A stretch of 64,000 nt of DNA from Acidobacteriota bacterium (GTDB taxonomy: Bacteria > Acidobacteriota > UBA890 > WLXD01): positions 32,001 through 96,000 of the forward strand of contig CAXWPH010000002.1 of the NCBI GenBank assembly GCA_963666055.2. The letters are read 5' to 3'. The notes under the pieces were generated by a model. It searched no databases. It had not been told where the DNA came from and was given only the letters and a program-made list of their open reading frames with translations. Made by a program: the position numbers and the translations under genes. The stretch's first letter is position 1; each line of letters starts with the position of its first letter. Positions 43,627 through 53,444 of this stretch are shown here, piece by piece.

Positions 43627-44666
43627 GCAAGATCGTCGAGTTTGACCTACAGATGCAGCAGTCGCGCGAGCTGTCTCTGGAGGAGTTCTTGCGCGATGGC
43701 CCGCGCCACAACCTCGCCTACTGGGCCGACCTCAACGGCTCTTCGGACGAGGAGCTAGCGGCGATTGCCGAGCCCTTCGCGATGCCGGGTCGAGTGCTAC
43801 GCCGATGGCAGAATCCGGATTCGTCGCGGCAGATAATCGAGGACGCCGACTCGATCGCGCTGATGCTCGAGTACTGGAACCCGGGCTACACGACCGGGGC
43901 CATCGATGACCCGGATGCGACGCTGGGGATAAGCGCGCAGGCGATGCCGGCACCATCGCCTGGCGAGGCGCCCGCTTCGCGATCAGCCACCAAGCTGAGC
44001 CTCTTCCTGAGCGAGCGGTTCTTCGTGAGCTACTCGCCCGAGCCGGTTCGGTGTCTCGCTAAAGTGAATCGCGTTTACGAGCGTAACGTGCGCTTCGCGC
44101 AGTCGATCGGATTCCTGTTGTTTCTGGTGTTCGACCAGGTAGTGCAGGACTACGTCGGCATGCTACAGCCGCTGGAGAACGAGTCGGAGGCGATCGATAA
44201 TTGCATCTTCGCGGAATCGACCGAGACGATCAACGAGGACATCCTGCGGCTCAAACGCCGCACGCTCCGCTACAAGCGTGGCGCCAGTGCGGTGCGCGAT
44301 CTGTTGATGCACGTCTCGGCGCGCAAGATTCCGGTGATTACCGAGGCGGGCCGTGGCTCCCTGGCACAGGTGTACCACCATGCGCAGGTGCTGGTGACCT
44401 CCATCGAGGGCCTGCGCGAGATGATCAACAGCTCGCTCGACTCCTATCGCTCGCTGCAGGGGCAGAAGCTCAACGAGACGATGAAGGTCGTGACCCTTTT
44501 CGCGTCGATCATCATGCCGATGACACTGATTGCCGGTATCTACGGCATGAACTTCCACAACATGCCGGAGCTCGCCTGGCCGCTGGGCTATTTCATGGTG
44601 CTCGGCGTCATGGCGCTGACCGGCATCGGCCTGCTGCTGTTCTTTCGCGCCAGGGGATGGTTCTGA
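43623..44666 (+). CDS. corA: CorA family Mg2+/Co2+ transporter
   Basis: LNETMKVVT...PMTLIAGIYGMNF.NMPEL with two C-terminal TMs. Confidence 0.9.
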   Translation: MSKIVEFDLQMQQSRELSLEEFLRDGPRHNLAYWADLNGSSDEELAAIAEPFAMPGRVLRRWQNPDSSRQIIEDADSIALMLEYWNPGYTTGAIDDPDATLGISAQAMPAPSPGEAPASRSATKLSLFLSERFFVSYSPEPVRCLAKVNRVYERNVRFAQSIGFLLFLVFDQVVQDYVGMLQPLENESEAIDNCIFAESTETINEDILRLKRRTLRYKRGASAVRDLLMHVSARKIPVITEAGRGSLAQVYHHAQVLVTSIEGLREMINSSLDSYRSLQGQKLNETMKVVTLFASIIMPMTLIAGIYGMNFHNMPELAWPLGYFMVLGVMALTGIGLLLFFRARGWF

Positions 44667-44707
44667 CGGCGACGCCAACGACCTGGCAACTCGCGGTCAC
44701 CTTCTGA

Positions 44708-46351
44708 CTACTGGCCGAGCAGCGGGGTCGTCCACGGCTGCTGCCGGTGCAGTGTGGCCTGCTCGTACGAATAGGCGAGCTCGATGAGTCGTGCTTCGTT
44801 CCACGCCGTCGACAGGAAGGTGATGCCGGCCGGTAGGCCGGGGCCTCCGTAGGGTCGTGCGTCGGGTGTGTCGGATTGGCGCCGCGTGAAGCCCATGGGC
44901 ACGGTGATGGCGGGGAAGCCGGTGTGTGGTGACAGATCCTGGCTGTTGTCGCCGCCCGGGCTCTGCAGATCGCCAATGAGCCTCGGCGGGTTGCTCCAGG
45001 TCGGGTACACCAGCGCGTCGAGCCCGTCTGCCTCCATCACCCGACGCACGCCGTCGGCGAGCCGCCGCCCATTGGCCCGCGCCGTGTGGCAGGCCTCATC
45101 GTCATCGGGGTTGCGCGGCGCCTTCAGCGACTCCTGCAGGCCGTTTCTCACCGACCCGTGGAATTTCCGCGACTCGATAATCTCGGCCAGCGTGGCATAG
45201 GGTGCAGCCTCGCCGAGCGACGCCAGGTAGGCCTCGAGGTCGTAACGGAATCGGTCACACCAGCGCGCGTCGCGGGGAATCGTGTCGAGCTCGACGATCT
45301 CCACGTCGACCGTCTCGGCTCCGCGGCGGCGCATGTCCTCGAGCGCACGCTCGAACACCTCCTGAATCTCGGCGTCGGTGGTGTCGGTTTCTGACAGCTG
45401 CCTCACAACGCCGAGCCGGGCTCCTGCAAGCGCACCATCGCGTAGGTAGTCAAGGTAGCTGGCGGCCCGCCTCGGCGTTCCGTCGGCGCGATTGTCACGA
45501 CTTCTGGCAGTCACTTCGTCGGCCGGGTCGTAGCCGGCGATAACGTCGAAGACGGCCACTGCGTCGGCTAGACTACGGGCGAGCGGCCCACCGATGTCGT
45601 GGTCGAGATCCAGTGGCACGATGCCGTCGCGGCTAGTCAGGCCCATAGTCGAGCGGATCCCCGTCAGCAGGTTGTGCGACGAGGGCCCGCGAATCGAGTT
45701 GCCGGTATCGGTTCCGAGTCCCACCACCCCCAGGCTCGCCGCCACGGCGGCTGCCGTGCCGCCGCTGCTGCCGGCGGGGACACGGTTCAGCGCATAGGGG
45801 TTACGGGTATAGCCGGGAATGATGCTGCCTACGGTCTGGTATGGCGAGAACGCCCACTCGGCCATGTGGGACTTGGCCAGAACGATCGCGCCGGCCTGGC
45901 GAATCCGTTGCACCTGGAAGGCGTCGTCCGGCGGCACAGAGCCCGCAAGCGCCGCCGACCCGGCGCTTGTTTGCATGTCGGCGGTATCGTAGTTGTCCTT
46001 GACGATCATCGGAATACCGTGAAGCGGCCCGACGAGCCCTCCGGAGGCGAGTGCCGCGTCGAGCTCGTCGGCACGTTCCAGGGCCCTGTGGTTCAACGTC
46101 ACGATGGCGTTGAGCGCCGGTCCCTGCTTGTCGTAGGCGTGGATCCGCGCCAGATAGGCTTCGACCAGTTGCCGTGAGGTCAGCTCGCCGGCCTGCATGG
46201 CTGCGTGGATTTGCACGATCGTCGCCTCCACCACCTGCCACGACCCGGCGCTGCGGTCCTCATCGGCTGGTGTGCATGCCGCGACGGCGCCCAGGGCGCT
46301 GCACAACAGGGTGATGATCGTGATCAGATGTACCCGGTGACGTATGCGCAT
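44708..46351 (-). CDS. Amidase signature family protein (probably secreted or lipoprotein)
   Basis: [47 protein letters not shown]. Confidence 0.9.
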   Translation of the reverse strand: MRIRHRVHLITIITLLCSALGAVAACTPADEDRSAGSWQVVEATIVQIHAAMQAGELTSRQLVEAYLARIHAYDKQGPALNAIVTLNHRALERADELDAALASGGLVGPLHGIPMIVKDNYDTADMQTSAGSAALAGSVPPDDAFQVQRIRQAGAIVLAKSHMAEWAFSPYQTVGSIIPGYTRNPYALNRVPAGSSGGTAAAVAASLGVVGLGTDTGNSIRGPSSHNLLTGIRSTMGLTSRDGIVPLDLDHDIGGPLARSLADAVAVFDVIAGYDPADEVTARSRDNRADGTPRRAASYLDYLRDGALAGARLGVVRQLSETDTTDAEIQEVFERALEDMRRRGAETVDVEIVELDTIPRDARWCDRFRYDLEAYLASLGEAAPYATLAEIIESRKFHGSVRNGLQESLKAPRNPDDDEACHTARANGRRLADGVRRVMEADGLDALVYPTWSNPPRLIGDLQSPGGDNSQDLSPHTGFPAITVPMGFTRRQSDTPDARPYGGPGLPAGITFLSTAWNEARLIELAYSYEQATLHRQQPWTTPLLGQ

Positions 46352-46448
46352 TCCTAATCCCTCCGTTCGGTTTAGCGTACGGCCGGAGTGCGAGAGAATC
46401 GAGCCGCCAGATACCCTGCCACGGATAACTCGACCGGGATCGTTGACC

Positions 46449-48173
46449 ATGAACCGAGACGCGGATGCGACCGGAAGCAGAGCTCGTCAGCTCGGGGGCG
46501 CGTTCCTGACGCTGCCCGCCCTGGTGGCGCTATGCGCATGTGCCGAGCCCGGCGCACACTTCGACGTTCTGATCCGCGGCGGGGCGGTGTTCGACGGCAC
46601 CGGCGGCGTGTCGCAACGGGCGGACATCGGAATCCGGGGCGAGCTGGTGGCAGCCATCGGAGACCTGTCGGGCGCCTCCGGCGACTCGGAGATCGACGCC
46701 ACCGGGCTGGCCGTGGCGCCCGGGTTCATCGATATGCACTCGCACTCCGATCGGACGCTGCTGGTGGATGGACGCGCGCTGTCGAAGGTGAAGCAGGGGG
46801 TCACAACCGAGCTCCTGGGCGAATCCGGCTCCCCCGCCCCCGTATTTCACCGGGCTGCCACCGCAGTGCTGGGCACGTCGGGCGAAACTGCACCAGCCGA
46901 TGGATCTACGGGCGAAACATGGACGACGTTCGCTGAGTACTTCACCCTGCTCGAACAGCGGGGCATTAGCGTCAACGTTTTGTCGACGGTGGGCTCGGGA
47001 GCGCTACGGGCCGGGGTGATCGGGCTCGACGATGTGCCGGCCACGTCCGAGCAACTCGAGGAGATGAAGGGGCACGTCGAGCAGGCCATGCTCGACGGCG
47101 CCTTCGGGCTGTCGAGCGGGCTGATTTACATCCCGAACCGATACGCATCGACGGAAGAGCTGATCGAGCTCGCCAAGGTCGCCGCGGCGCACGGGGGCTT
47201 CTACACGAGCCACCTGCGCGACGAGGCCGATGCGCTGGTGGCCGGCGTCGAGGAAGCGGTGCGCATCGGACGCGAGGCCGGTCTGCCGGTGCACATTCTG
47301 CACTTCAAGTACTCGGGTACCCGCAGCAAGCTGCACCACGAGCGCTCACCGTTTCCAGCCGCCGTGCAGGTCGTGGAGGCGGCGCGCGCTGACGGACTGG
47401 AGGTCTACGCCGACGTCTATCCGTACGTCGCGAGCTCCTCGACGCTCAACCTCCGGATTCCCGATTGGGCTCGCGAGGGCGGGCCCGCGGCGCTCACGGC
47501 GCGCCTTCGCGACCCGACCCTTCGGGCCCGCATCCGTCAGGAGGTCGCCGACCACCTGGCGAAGGGAATTCCGGCGGGGACGCCCGAGACCGTGCTGCTT
47601 TCCCGCACCCCCTACGAAGGGCACCGCTCCTATCAGGGGATGACGATCGCCGAGATCGCCGAGCAGATGAGCGCCGATCCCGTTGACACGATTCTGGAGC
47701 TAGTGGAGCGATCGGGGGCCAGAGCCGGCGCAATCTTCTTCGGCATTCGAGAGGAAGATCTGGAGCATGCACTGACCTTGCCGTGGACCAGCATCGGCAG
47801 CGACGGATCGGCGCTGTCGCCGGTCGGCGAGCTGGCGCAATCCCACCCGCACCCCCGCTCCTACGGCACCTTCCCACGGGTGCTGGCGCGCTACGTGCGC
47901 GAGCGCGGCGTGCTGACCCTGAGCGAAGCGATCCACAAGATGACCGGATTGCCGGCCGCTCAGCTGGGGCTGGCGGACCGCGGCACGCTGGTGGTCGGTA
48001 GCAAGGCCGACATCGTGGTGTTCGATCCGCAGACGATCCGCGATCTGGCCACATTCGAGGCGCCGCACCAGCTGGCCGAGGGCGTTGCCCACTTGCTGGT
48101 AAACGGCGAGATCGTGCTCGAGAACGGAGAGCACACGGGGATGTTGCCGGGGCAGGTGATTCGACGGAGGTAG
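46449..48173 (+). CDS. N-acyl-D-amino-acid deacylase (D-aminoacylase family)
   Basis: [47 protein letters not shown]. Confidence 0.9.
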   Translation: MNRDADATGSRARQLGGAFLTLPALVALCACAEPGAHFDVLIRGGAVFDGTGGVSQRADIGIRGELVAAIGDLSGASGDSEIDATGLAVAPGFIDMHSHSDRTLLVDGRALSKVKQGVTTELLGESGSPAPVFHRAATAVLGTSGETAPADGSTGETWTTFAEYFTLLEQRGISVNVLSTVGSGALRAGVIGLDDVPATSEQLEEMKGHVEQAMLDGAFGLSSGLIYIPNRYASTEELIELAKVAAAHGGFYTSHLRDEADALVAGVEEAVRIGREAGLPVHILHFKYSGTRSKLHHERSPFPAAVQVVEAARADGLEVYADVYPYVASSSTLNLRIPDWAREGGPAALTARLRDPTLRARIRQEVADHLAKGIPAGTPETVLLSRTPYEGHRSYQGMTIAEIAEQMSADPVDTILELVERSGARAGAIFFGIREEDLEHALTLPWTSIGSDGSALSPVGELAQSHPHPRSYGTFPRVLARYVRERGVLTLSEAIHKMTGLPAAQLGLADRGTLVVGSKADIVVFDPQTIRDLATFEAPHQLAEGVAHLLVNGEIVLENGEHTGMLPGQVIRRR

Positions 48174-48317
48174 GTTCCGGCGGCCGCTCGGGGTGGGGAC
48201 GACACGATTACGCCGGCGCCGCAGCAACGCCGCGGGCCTGGCGAGTTTCCGGGTGGCGCTGTCGAACCCCAGTTAGGGCAGGTACAGTGCGATGAGCCCG
48301 CTCTCCTCCCCGACGTC

Positions 48318-49928
48318 ATGAGGCCCATGCGCAGACCCACCGCCGTTGTTGCCACGCTGCTGATCGTCCTCCTCCTGTCGCCCGTTCTGGGTAACGCTTC
48401 TGCAGCTGCCGACGACGCTATGCTGGCGCGGATCCTGGCCGAGGGAATGGACCGATCGGAGATCATGCGTACGCTGCATTTCCTCACCGATCGGTACGGT
48501 CCGCGGCTGACGGGGTCGCCGAATCTACGTCTCGCCGGCGAGTGGGCCGTACGGCAGATGGTTTCGTGGGGACTGACCAACGGTCATCTAGAGCCGTTCG
48601 ATTTCGGCCGGCCCGGATGGGCCACCGAGCGGCACTCGGTCTACCTGGTCTCGCCGGTCCAGGACACCCTCGTGGCCGAGGTGCTGGCGTGGACGCCGAG
48701 CACCAAAGGTACCGTGCGGACCAGGGTAGTTCACATGGAGCCGGCCGCCGCGGAACAGCCGACCGCCGAGAAGCTCGATGAGCATCTGGCCGGGTACGCT
48801 CAGCAGGTTCGCGGGCGCATCGTGCTGGTTGGGGCTCCGGCGGCCCTCGGGGTGGAGTTCGATCCGGCGCTCAAGCGGCGTGCCGACGACGAGGTCCAGC
48901 GCAGGGTGGACCCCACCATCCCGCCCGAGGAGCGGCGGGGCTCGCCGCGTCGCGAGCCGCCTGAGCGGCCTGAAGGCGCCTTGTCGGCACGTGAGATCAG
49001 CGCCCGGATTGACGAGTTTCTGGTCGCCAACGGCGCCGCCGTGCGTATCAACGATGCGGGTCGCCGGCACGGCCAGATTCGCGCCTTCAGCAACCGCACC
49101 TACGACGCCGACAAGGCGGTGCCGACGCTGGTGATGCGCAACGAGGACTACGGTCGCATCGCGCGCCTGGTCGCCGACGGAGACGAAGTGCAGCTCGAGG
49201 TGCAGATCATCAACCGCTGGTATCCCGAGGGTGCGACATCGTACAACGCGGTCGCCGAGATCCGTGGAATGGAGATGCCCGACCAAGTGGTGATGCTCGG
49301 CGGACACCTCGATTCGTGGCATGCGGCTACCGGCGCGACGGACAATGCCACCGGCTGTTCCATCATGCTGGAAGCGGCGCGGATTCTGGCGGCCCTCGAC
49401 GTCGAGCCACGGCGTACGATCCGGGTAGCGCTATGGGGAGGGGAGGAGCAGGGTCTTCTCGGCTCGCAGGCGTACGTCGCCGAGCACTTCGGCTCCTTCG
49501 AGGAGCCCAAGCCCGGCTACGACAAGTTCGGCGGCTACTTGAACATCGATTCTGGCACGGGGCGGCCACGCGGCGCCTCGGTGTTCGGCCCACCGGAGAC
49601 CGGCGACATTCTGCGTGCGATCCTGGCGCCGCTCGCGGAGCTGGGAGTGGCGGGTGGGATCGATACCGCCAGCCGCCGGCGCGGCGGCACCGACTCCACG
49701 TCGTTCAATGCTGCTGGGCTGCCCGGCATAGGTTTTTTCCAGGATCCGATCGAGTACGGTAGCCACACGTGGCACACCAACCTCGATACCTACGAGCGAG
49801 TCGTCGAAGACGACGTCAAGGCGGCGGCCGTTGTGATCGCCTCGACGGTCTACGAGCTGGCCATGCGCGACGAGCTACTGCCGCGCTTCAGCGCGGAGGA
49901 GATGCCAGCGCCGGCGCTACCGCGTTAG
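48318..49928 (+). CDS. Secreted M28 peptidase (carboxypeptidase Q-like)
   Basis: [50 protein letters not shown]. Confidence 0.88.
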   Translation: MRPMRRPTAVVATLLIVLLLSPVLGNASAAADDAMLARILAEGMDRSEIMRTLHFLTDRYGPRLTGSPNLRLAGEWAVRQMVSWGLTNGHLEPFDFGRPGWATERHSVYLVSPVQDTLVAEVLAWTPSTKGTVRTRVVHMEPAAAEQPTAEKLDEHLAGYAQQVRGRIVLVGAPAALGVEFDPALKRRADDEVQRRVDPTIPPEERRGSPRREPPERPEGALSAREISARIDEFLVANGAAVRINDAGRRHGQIRAFSNRTYDADKAVPTLVMRNEDYGRIARLVADGDEVQLEVQIINRWYPEGATSYNAVAEIRGMEMPDQVVMLGGHLDSWHAATGATDNATGCSIMLEAARILAALDVEPRRTIRVALWGGEEQGLLGSQAYVAEHFGSFEEPKPGYDKFGGYLNIDSGTGRPRGASVFGPPETGDILRAILAPLAELGVAGGIDTASRRRGGTDSTSFNAAGLPGIGFFQDPIEYGSHTWHTNLDTYERVVEDDVKAAAVVIASTVYELAMRDELLPRFSAEEMPAPALPR

Positions 49929-49969
49929 GGCGGATCGGCTGCTTCGGCCCCCTCGAGCAATCGGCGACT

Positions 49970-50003
49970 GGCCATGGCGCGGCGACCCGCACGCGCCATG
50001 GCC
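49970..50003. terminator. Hairpin between convergent genes (possible bidirectional terminator)
   Basis: GGCCATGGCGCG-N10-CGCGCCATGGCC; no U tract. Confidence 0.4.
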
Positions 50004-50010
50004 CACCGAC

Positions 50011-52131
50011 TCAGTGGAATTGGCGCGGGATGGTCTCGTCCCAGGTCTTTTCTCGCAGCAGCTCGCCGTTCTCGAAGAGCCTGCGCGTGTAGACGTAGTA
50101 GAAGTTCTCGAGGTCGGTGTGGAAATCGAGGACCGCCTCGAAGAGTAGCTCGCGATCGTCGACGAGGATCGTCCTCGAGTACTCGGTGCGCACCGAGGTG
50201 TCGGCCGGGTCGTGCTTGTTGGTCGAGTGGGTGATCTTCTGCGACGTATGGGCCTGCGCCCAGGGATACTGAGTGCCGCCGCTGTTGGTCGCCACCAGAG
50301 TCGCCTTTCCGGTCTCCTCGTCGTAGACGAGGCCCTCGACCTCCGCGTACCCGGATGTCGTCGGCTCGCCCTCGGCGGCGGCTAGGCGGCCGTAGCCTGG
50401 CAGCCGCGGTCCGGGCGCTGCCGGAGGCAGGAACTCAGGCGCCGGGCGATCCTCGTACGGGATCACCGGCAGAACCATGTGTGTAGCGCTCTCGCCGCCG
50501 AGACGAAGTGAAGTGGTCATCGCGTACGGCGTCGGCCAGAACATCGGCCACTGGGAGTTGGTAACGGCGACGCGAATCCGGTGCCCGGGCTGGAAGACCC
50601 ACGAGGTGAAGTGGAGCTCGATCTCGAACGCGTACTCGCGACCGGGCTCGAGCGCCTCAGGCGTCTGCGAGGAGTTTCGATGCGCGCCGTTGAACCCGGC
50701 GCCGGCGACCTGGGTCACCGAGCCGTCCGGAGCGATGTCCGACAGCCGCACCACCCAACTCGCCAGCGGCGCATCGGCAGAGGCGTTCAGGAAGGCCTGT
50801 GGAAATCCGAGGATCTCGACTTCCTCCTCGAGCGGCGCGCTGTCGTAGACCAGGCTGGCGTCGTCCATCGGTTGCTGGTCGGGCGTCAGGTCACCCCACC
50901 ACATCACCGGCCCGCCGCCCTCCATACCGACCGTCGGGTCGTATTCGAGGGAGTGCGTGCCGGGGCGCGAGGCGCCCTCGCCGAGCGAGTTGTCGGCGCC
51001 AAGGAACATGTCGCGGTACTCGGTGCGCTCGAGCGGGAAGCCCTCCTCGAAGCGCCACTGTCCGGGGATCTCCTCCAACGACACGTCTGGTGGATACCAG
51101 TGGCGTACATAGACCGCGAACGCCGGCTCGTCCATGATCCCGGTGTCCTCGCCCTTGAGCCACTGGTCGTACCAGCGCACCGCCTCGTGGCGCCACTCCA
51201 TCTGCGGTTTCGGATAGCCATTGTGGGGCAGCGAGTGGGCCCAGGGTCCCACCATCGCCTTCACCGGCGCGTCCATATGCTCGAGCATACGCGGCACGCT
51301 GTCGCGATAGCCGTCGTACCAGCCGCCGATGACGAACGTGGGGATCTTGATCGAGTCATAGCGTGTGTTGAGTGAGGCGCGGTCCCAGAACGGCCCGTCC
51401 AGCTGCTGCGACTTGTAGATCAGCGTCCACGGCTTGGTGTCGAAGCGGTTCTCGAAATACGCATCGTCGATGATGTAGTCGGGCCCTGCCGGCACGGTGT
51501 TGGCCAGGTCCTGGCCGGCCTCGTAGGCGTCGATGTGGGCGATGCCGTCCATGTAGTGGACGTCGTCCTCGTACAGATCGTCGGTAGCCTCGATAGCGAT
51601 GATCGCCTTGAGCGCCGGCGGGTTGCGCATCGCCATGTGGATGGAGTTGAACCCGCCCCAGGAGATCCCGAACATGCCGACGTTGCCGTCCGAGAACGGC
51701 TGCCTCGACAGCCAGTCGATGACGACCTCGCCGTCTTCCTGCTCCTGATCGGTGTACTCGTACTCGATCAGCTTGCCCTCGCTGTTGCCGCTGCCGCGGA
51801 TGTCGACCCGGGCGACGACGTAGCCGTGCTCCAGGAAGTAGGAGTACATCGAGTAGTTGCGCGATCGCGATTCGTTCTTTCGGTAGGGGAGGTATTCCAG
51901 CAGCACCGGGTATGTTGCTGTGGCGTCGGTGCCCTCGGGAACCCAGAGGTCGGCGGCTAGCCGTACGCCGTCAGGCATTGGGATCCACGCCTCGCGAAAC
52001 TCGATCCCATCGTCGGCCAGCGAGCCGTCGAGGTCGGAGCTGCCGGACGAGCTTGGCGCACAAGCTGTCGAGACAACGACTACGGAGGCGAGCAGGAGCG
52101 GAATGCCTCGGCCGATGACAGGTACTCTCAC
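50011..52131 (-). CDS. CocE/NonD family hydrolase (lipoprotein)
   Basis: MPDGVRLAADL, EYLPYRK, DIRGSGNSEG, GISWGG, GGWYDGY, GPWAH. Confidence 0.9.
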   Translation of the reverse strand: MRVPVIGRGIPLLLASVVVVSTACAPSSSGSSDLDGSLADDGIEFREAWIPMPDGVRLAADLWVPEGTDATATYPVLLEYLPYRKNESRSRNYSMYSYFLEHGYVVARVDIRGSGNSEGKLIEYEYTDQEQEDGEVVIDWLSRQPFSDGNVGMFGISWGGFNSIHMAMRNPPALKAIIAIEATDDLYEDDVHYMDGIAHIDAYEAGQDLANTVPAGPDYIIDDAYFENRFDTKPWTLIYKSQQLDGPFWDRASLNTRYDSIKIPTFVIGGWYDGYRDSVPRMLEHMDAPVKAMVGPWAHSLPHNGYPKPQMEWRHEAVRWYDQWLKGEDTGIMDEPAFAVYVRHWYPPDVSLEEIPGQWRFEEGFPLERTEYRDMFLGADNSLGEGASRPGTHSLEYDPTVGMEGGGPVMWWGDLTPDQQPMDDASLVYDSAPLEEEVEILGFPQAFLNASADAPLASWVVRLSDIAPDGSVTQVAGAGFNGAHRNSSQTPEALEPGREYAFEIELHFTSWVFQPGHRIRVAVTNSQWPMFWPTPYAMTTSLRLGGESATHMVLPVIPYEDRPAPEFLPPAAPGPRLPGYGRLAAAEGEPTTSGYAEVEGLVYDEETGKATLVATNSGGTQYPWAQAHTSQKITHSTNKHDPADTSVRTEYSRTILVDDRELLFEAVLDFHTDLENFYYVYTRRLFENGELLREKTWDETIPRQFH

Positions 52132-53444
52132 TGTTGATCTCCCCTGGGACGTGGCCTTCCGCTGTAGCGTTCGTACAGCCGGTCGTGCTTGTTGTCTCTG
52201 GGATCGACGGGCAGACCGGCGATCACGAGGTGTTCGATCTGGGTGGTGGTCTCGAGCGGGTCGCCATCGCTGATGAACAGGTTGGCGAGCTTGCCGACCT
52301 CGATGGTCCCCAGCCGGTCGTCGACGCCGAGGATCTCGGCCGGGCTGATGGTGATCGCACGTAGCGCATCGTGATGCGAGAGCCCGAACGGAACCGCCTG
52401 GGCGGCCTCGTACGGGAGCGTTCGCGCAGCCGACGCGTTGAACGTCGAGATAGCGAACCTCACCCCCGCCGAGTGCAATTTCGCCGGCGCGGTGAAGGGT
52501 GCGTCATAGGGGTCGTCGTCGTTCGTCGGCAGCGCTTGCGTCGGACCGAGAATCACCGCCACATTTTTTTCCGCAAGCATCTCTGCAACCTTCCAGGCTG
52601 CGCTCCCACCGGCGATGATGATCCGCACATTGTTGCGCTCGGCGAAATCAACCGCGTCGCCGATGCCGCGTTCGGTATCGACGTTGATCAGCATCGGCAT
52701 GTCGCCGCCGGTTACCCAGGCGAGCGCCTCGAGTTTCAGGCTGCGTCGCGTCGGGTCGTCGCCGACGTCGGCCTCGGCGTAGCGGCGCGCGTCGGCGAGC
52801 AGTGCCTCGAGATCGGCGATTGACTCGTCGTACAGCTCCTTCGCCTCCTGGTAGGTGCGGTTGATGCGTGTGCGGGTGGCGCGGTCGAAGCCACGTGTCT
52901 GGACGGTTGGCCATTGCACCGCCATGTACACGCCGCCCTCGATCAGCATCTCTTCAATCGTCCAGCCGTCCAGATGAATCAACGAGCCCTGCCCGGCGAT
53001 GCCCGGGCCTTGGGGAGCAGCGACGGCATGGGTGAGGCCATTCGAGCGGCTCACCGGCAGAATCTCGCTGGCGGGATGCACCGCCGTCGCTCCCCGTAGT
53101 TGCGGGTTGTTCTCGCCCAACTCGCGAAAGTCCGATGTAACCGCCACCGCGCCGATCTCCGTAAGCCCCAAGCGCGTTACCGCGTCGAAGAAGCCGGGAA
53201 ACACCTGCAGGCCGCTGGCGTCGATTACCGTAGCGCCCGAGGGGATGATGGTGTCGGGACCGCCGACCGCGGTGATATGGCCATTACGAATCACTACTGT
53301 GCCGTTGTCGATGGCGCTCTCGTCCACCATCGTGTGGACGCGGCCGCCACGGATCACCAGGGCTTCTTGCTGTGCGGATGCCGCCGTGCCCACGAACACG
53401 AGGACGGCCGCGGCCAAAGCGGACCTCATTGCTCCCATCTTCAT
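52128..53444 (-). CDS. Amidohydrolase-family protein lacking the HxH motif
   Basis: Signal peptide, VFPGFFDAVT where HxH is expected, LGTIEVGKLANL. Confidence 0.8.
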   Translation of the reverse strand: MKMGAMRSALAAAVLVFVGTAASAQQEALVIRGGRVHTMVDESAIDNGTVVIRNGHITAVGGPDTIIPSGATVIDASGLQVFPGFFDAVTRLGLTEIGAVAVTSDFRELGENNPQLRGATAVHPASEILPVSRSNGLTHAVAAPQGPGIAGQGSLIHLDGWTIEEMLIEGGVYMAVQWPTVQTRGFDRATRTRINRTYQEAKELYDESIADLEALLADARRYAEADVGDDPTRRSLKLEALAWVTGGDMPMLINVDTERGIGDAVDFAERNNVRIIIAGGSAAWKVAEMLAEKNVAVILGPTQALPTNDDDPYDAPFTAPAKLHSAGVRFAISTFNASAARTLPYEAAQAVPFGLSHHDALRAITISPAEILGVDDRLGTIEVGKLANLFISDGDPLETTTQIEHLVIAGLPVDPRDNKHDRLYERYSGRPRPRGDQQ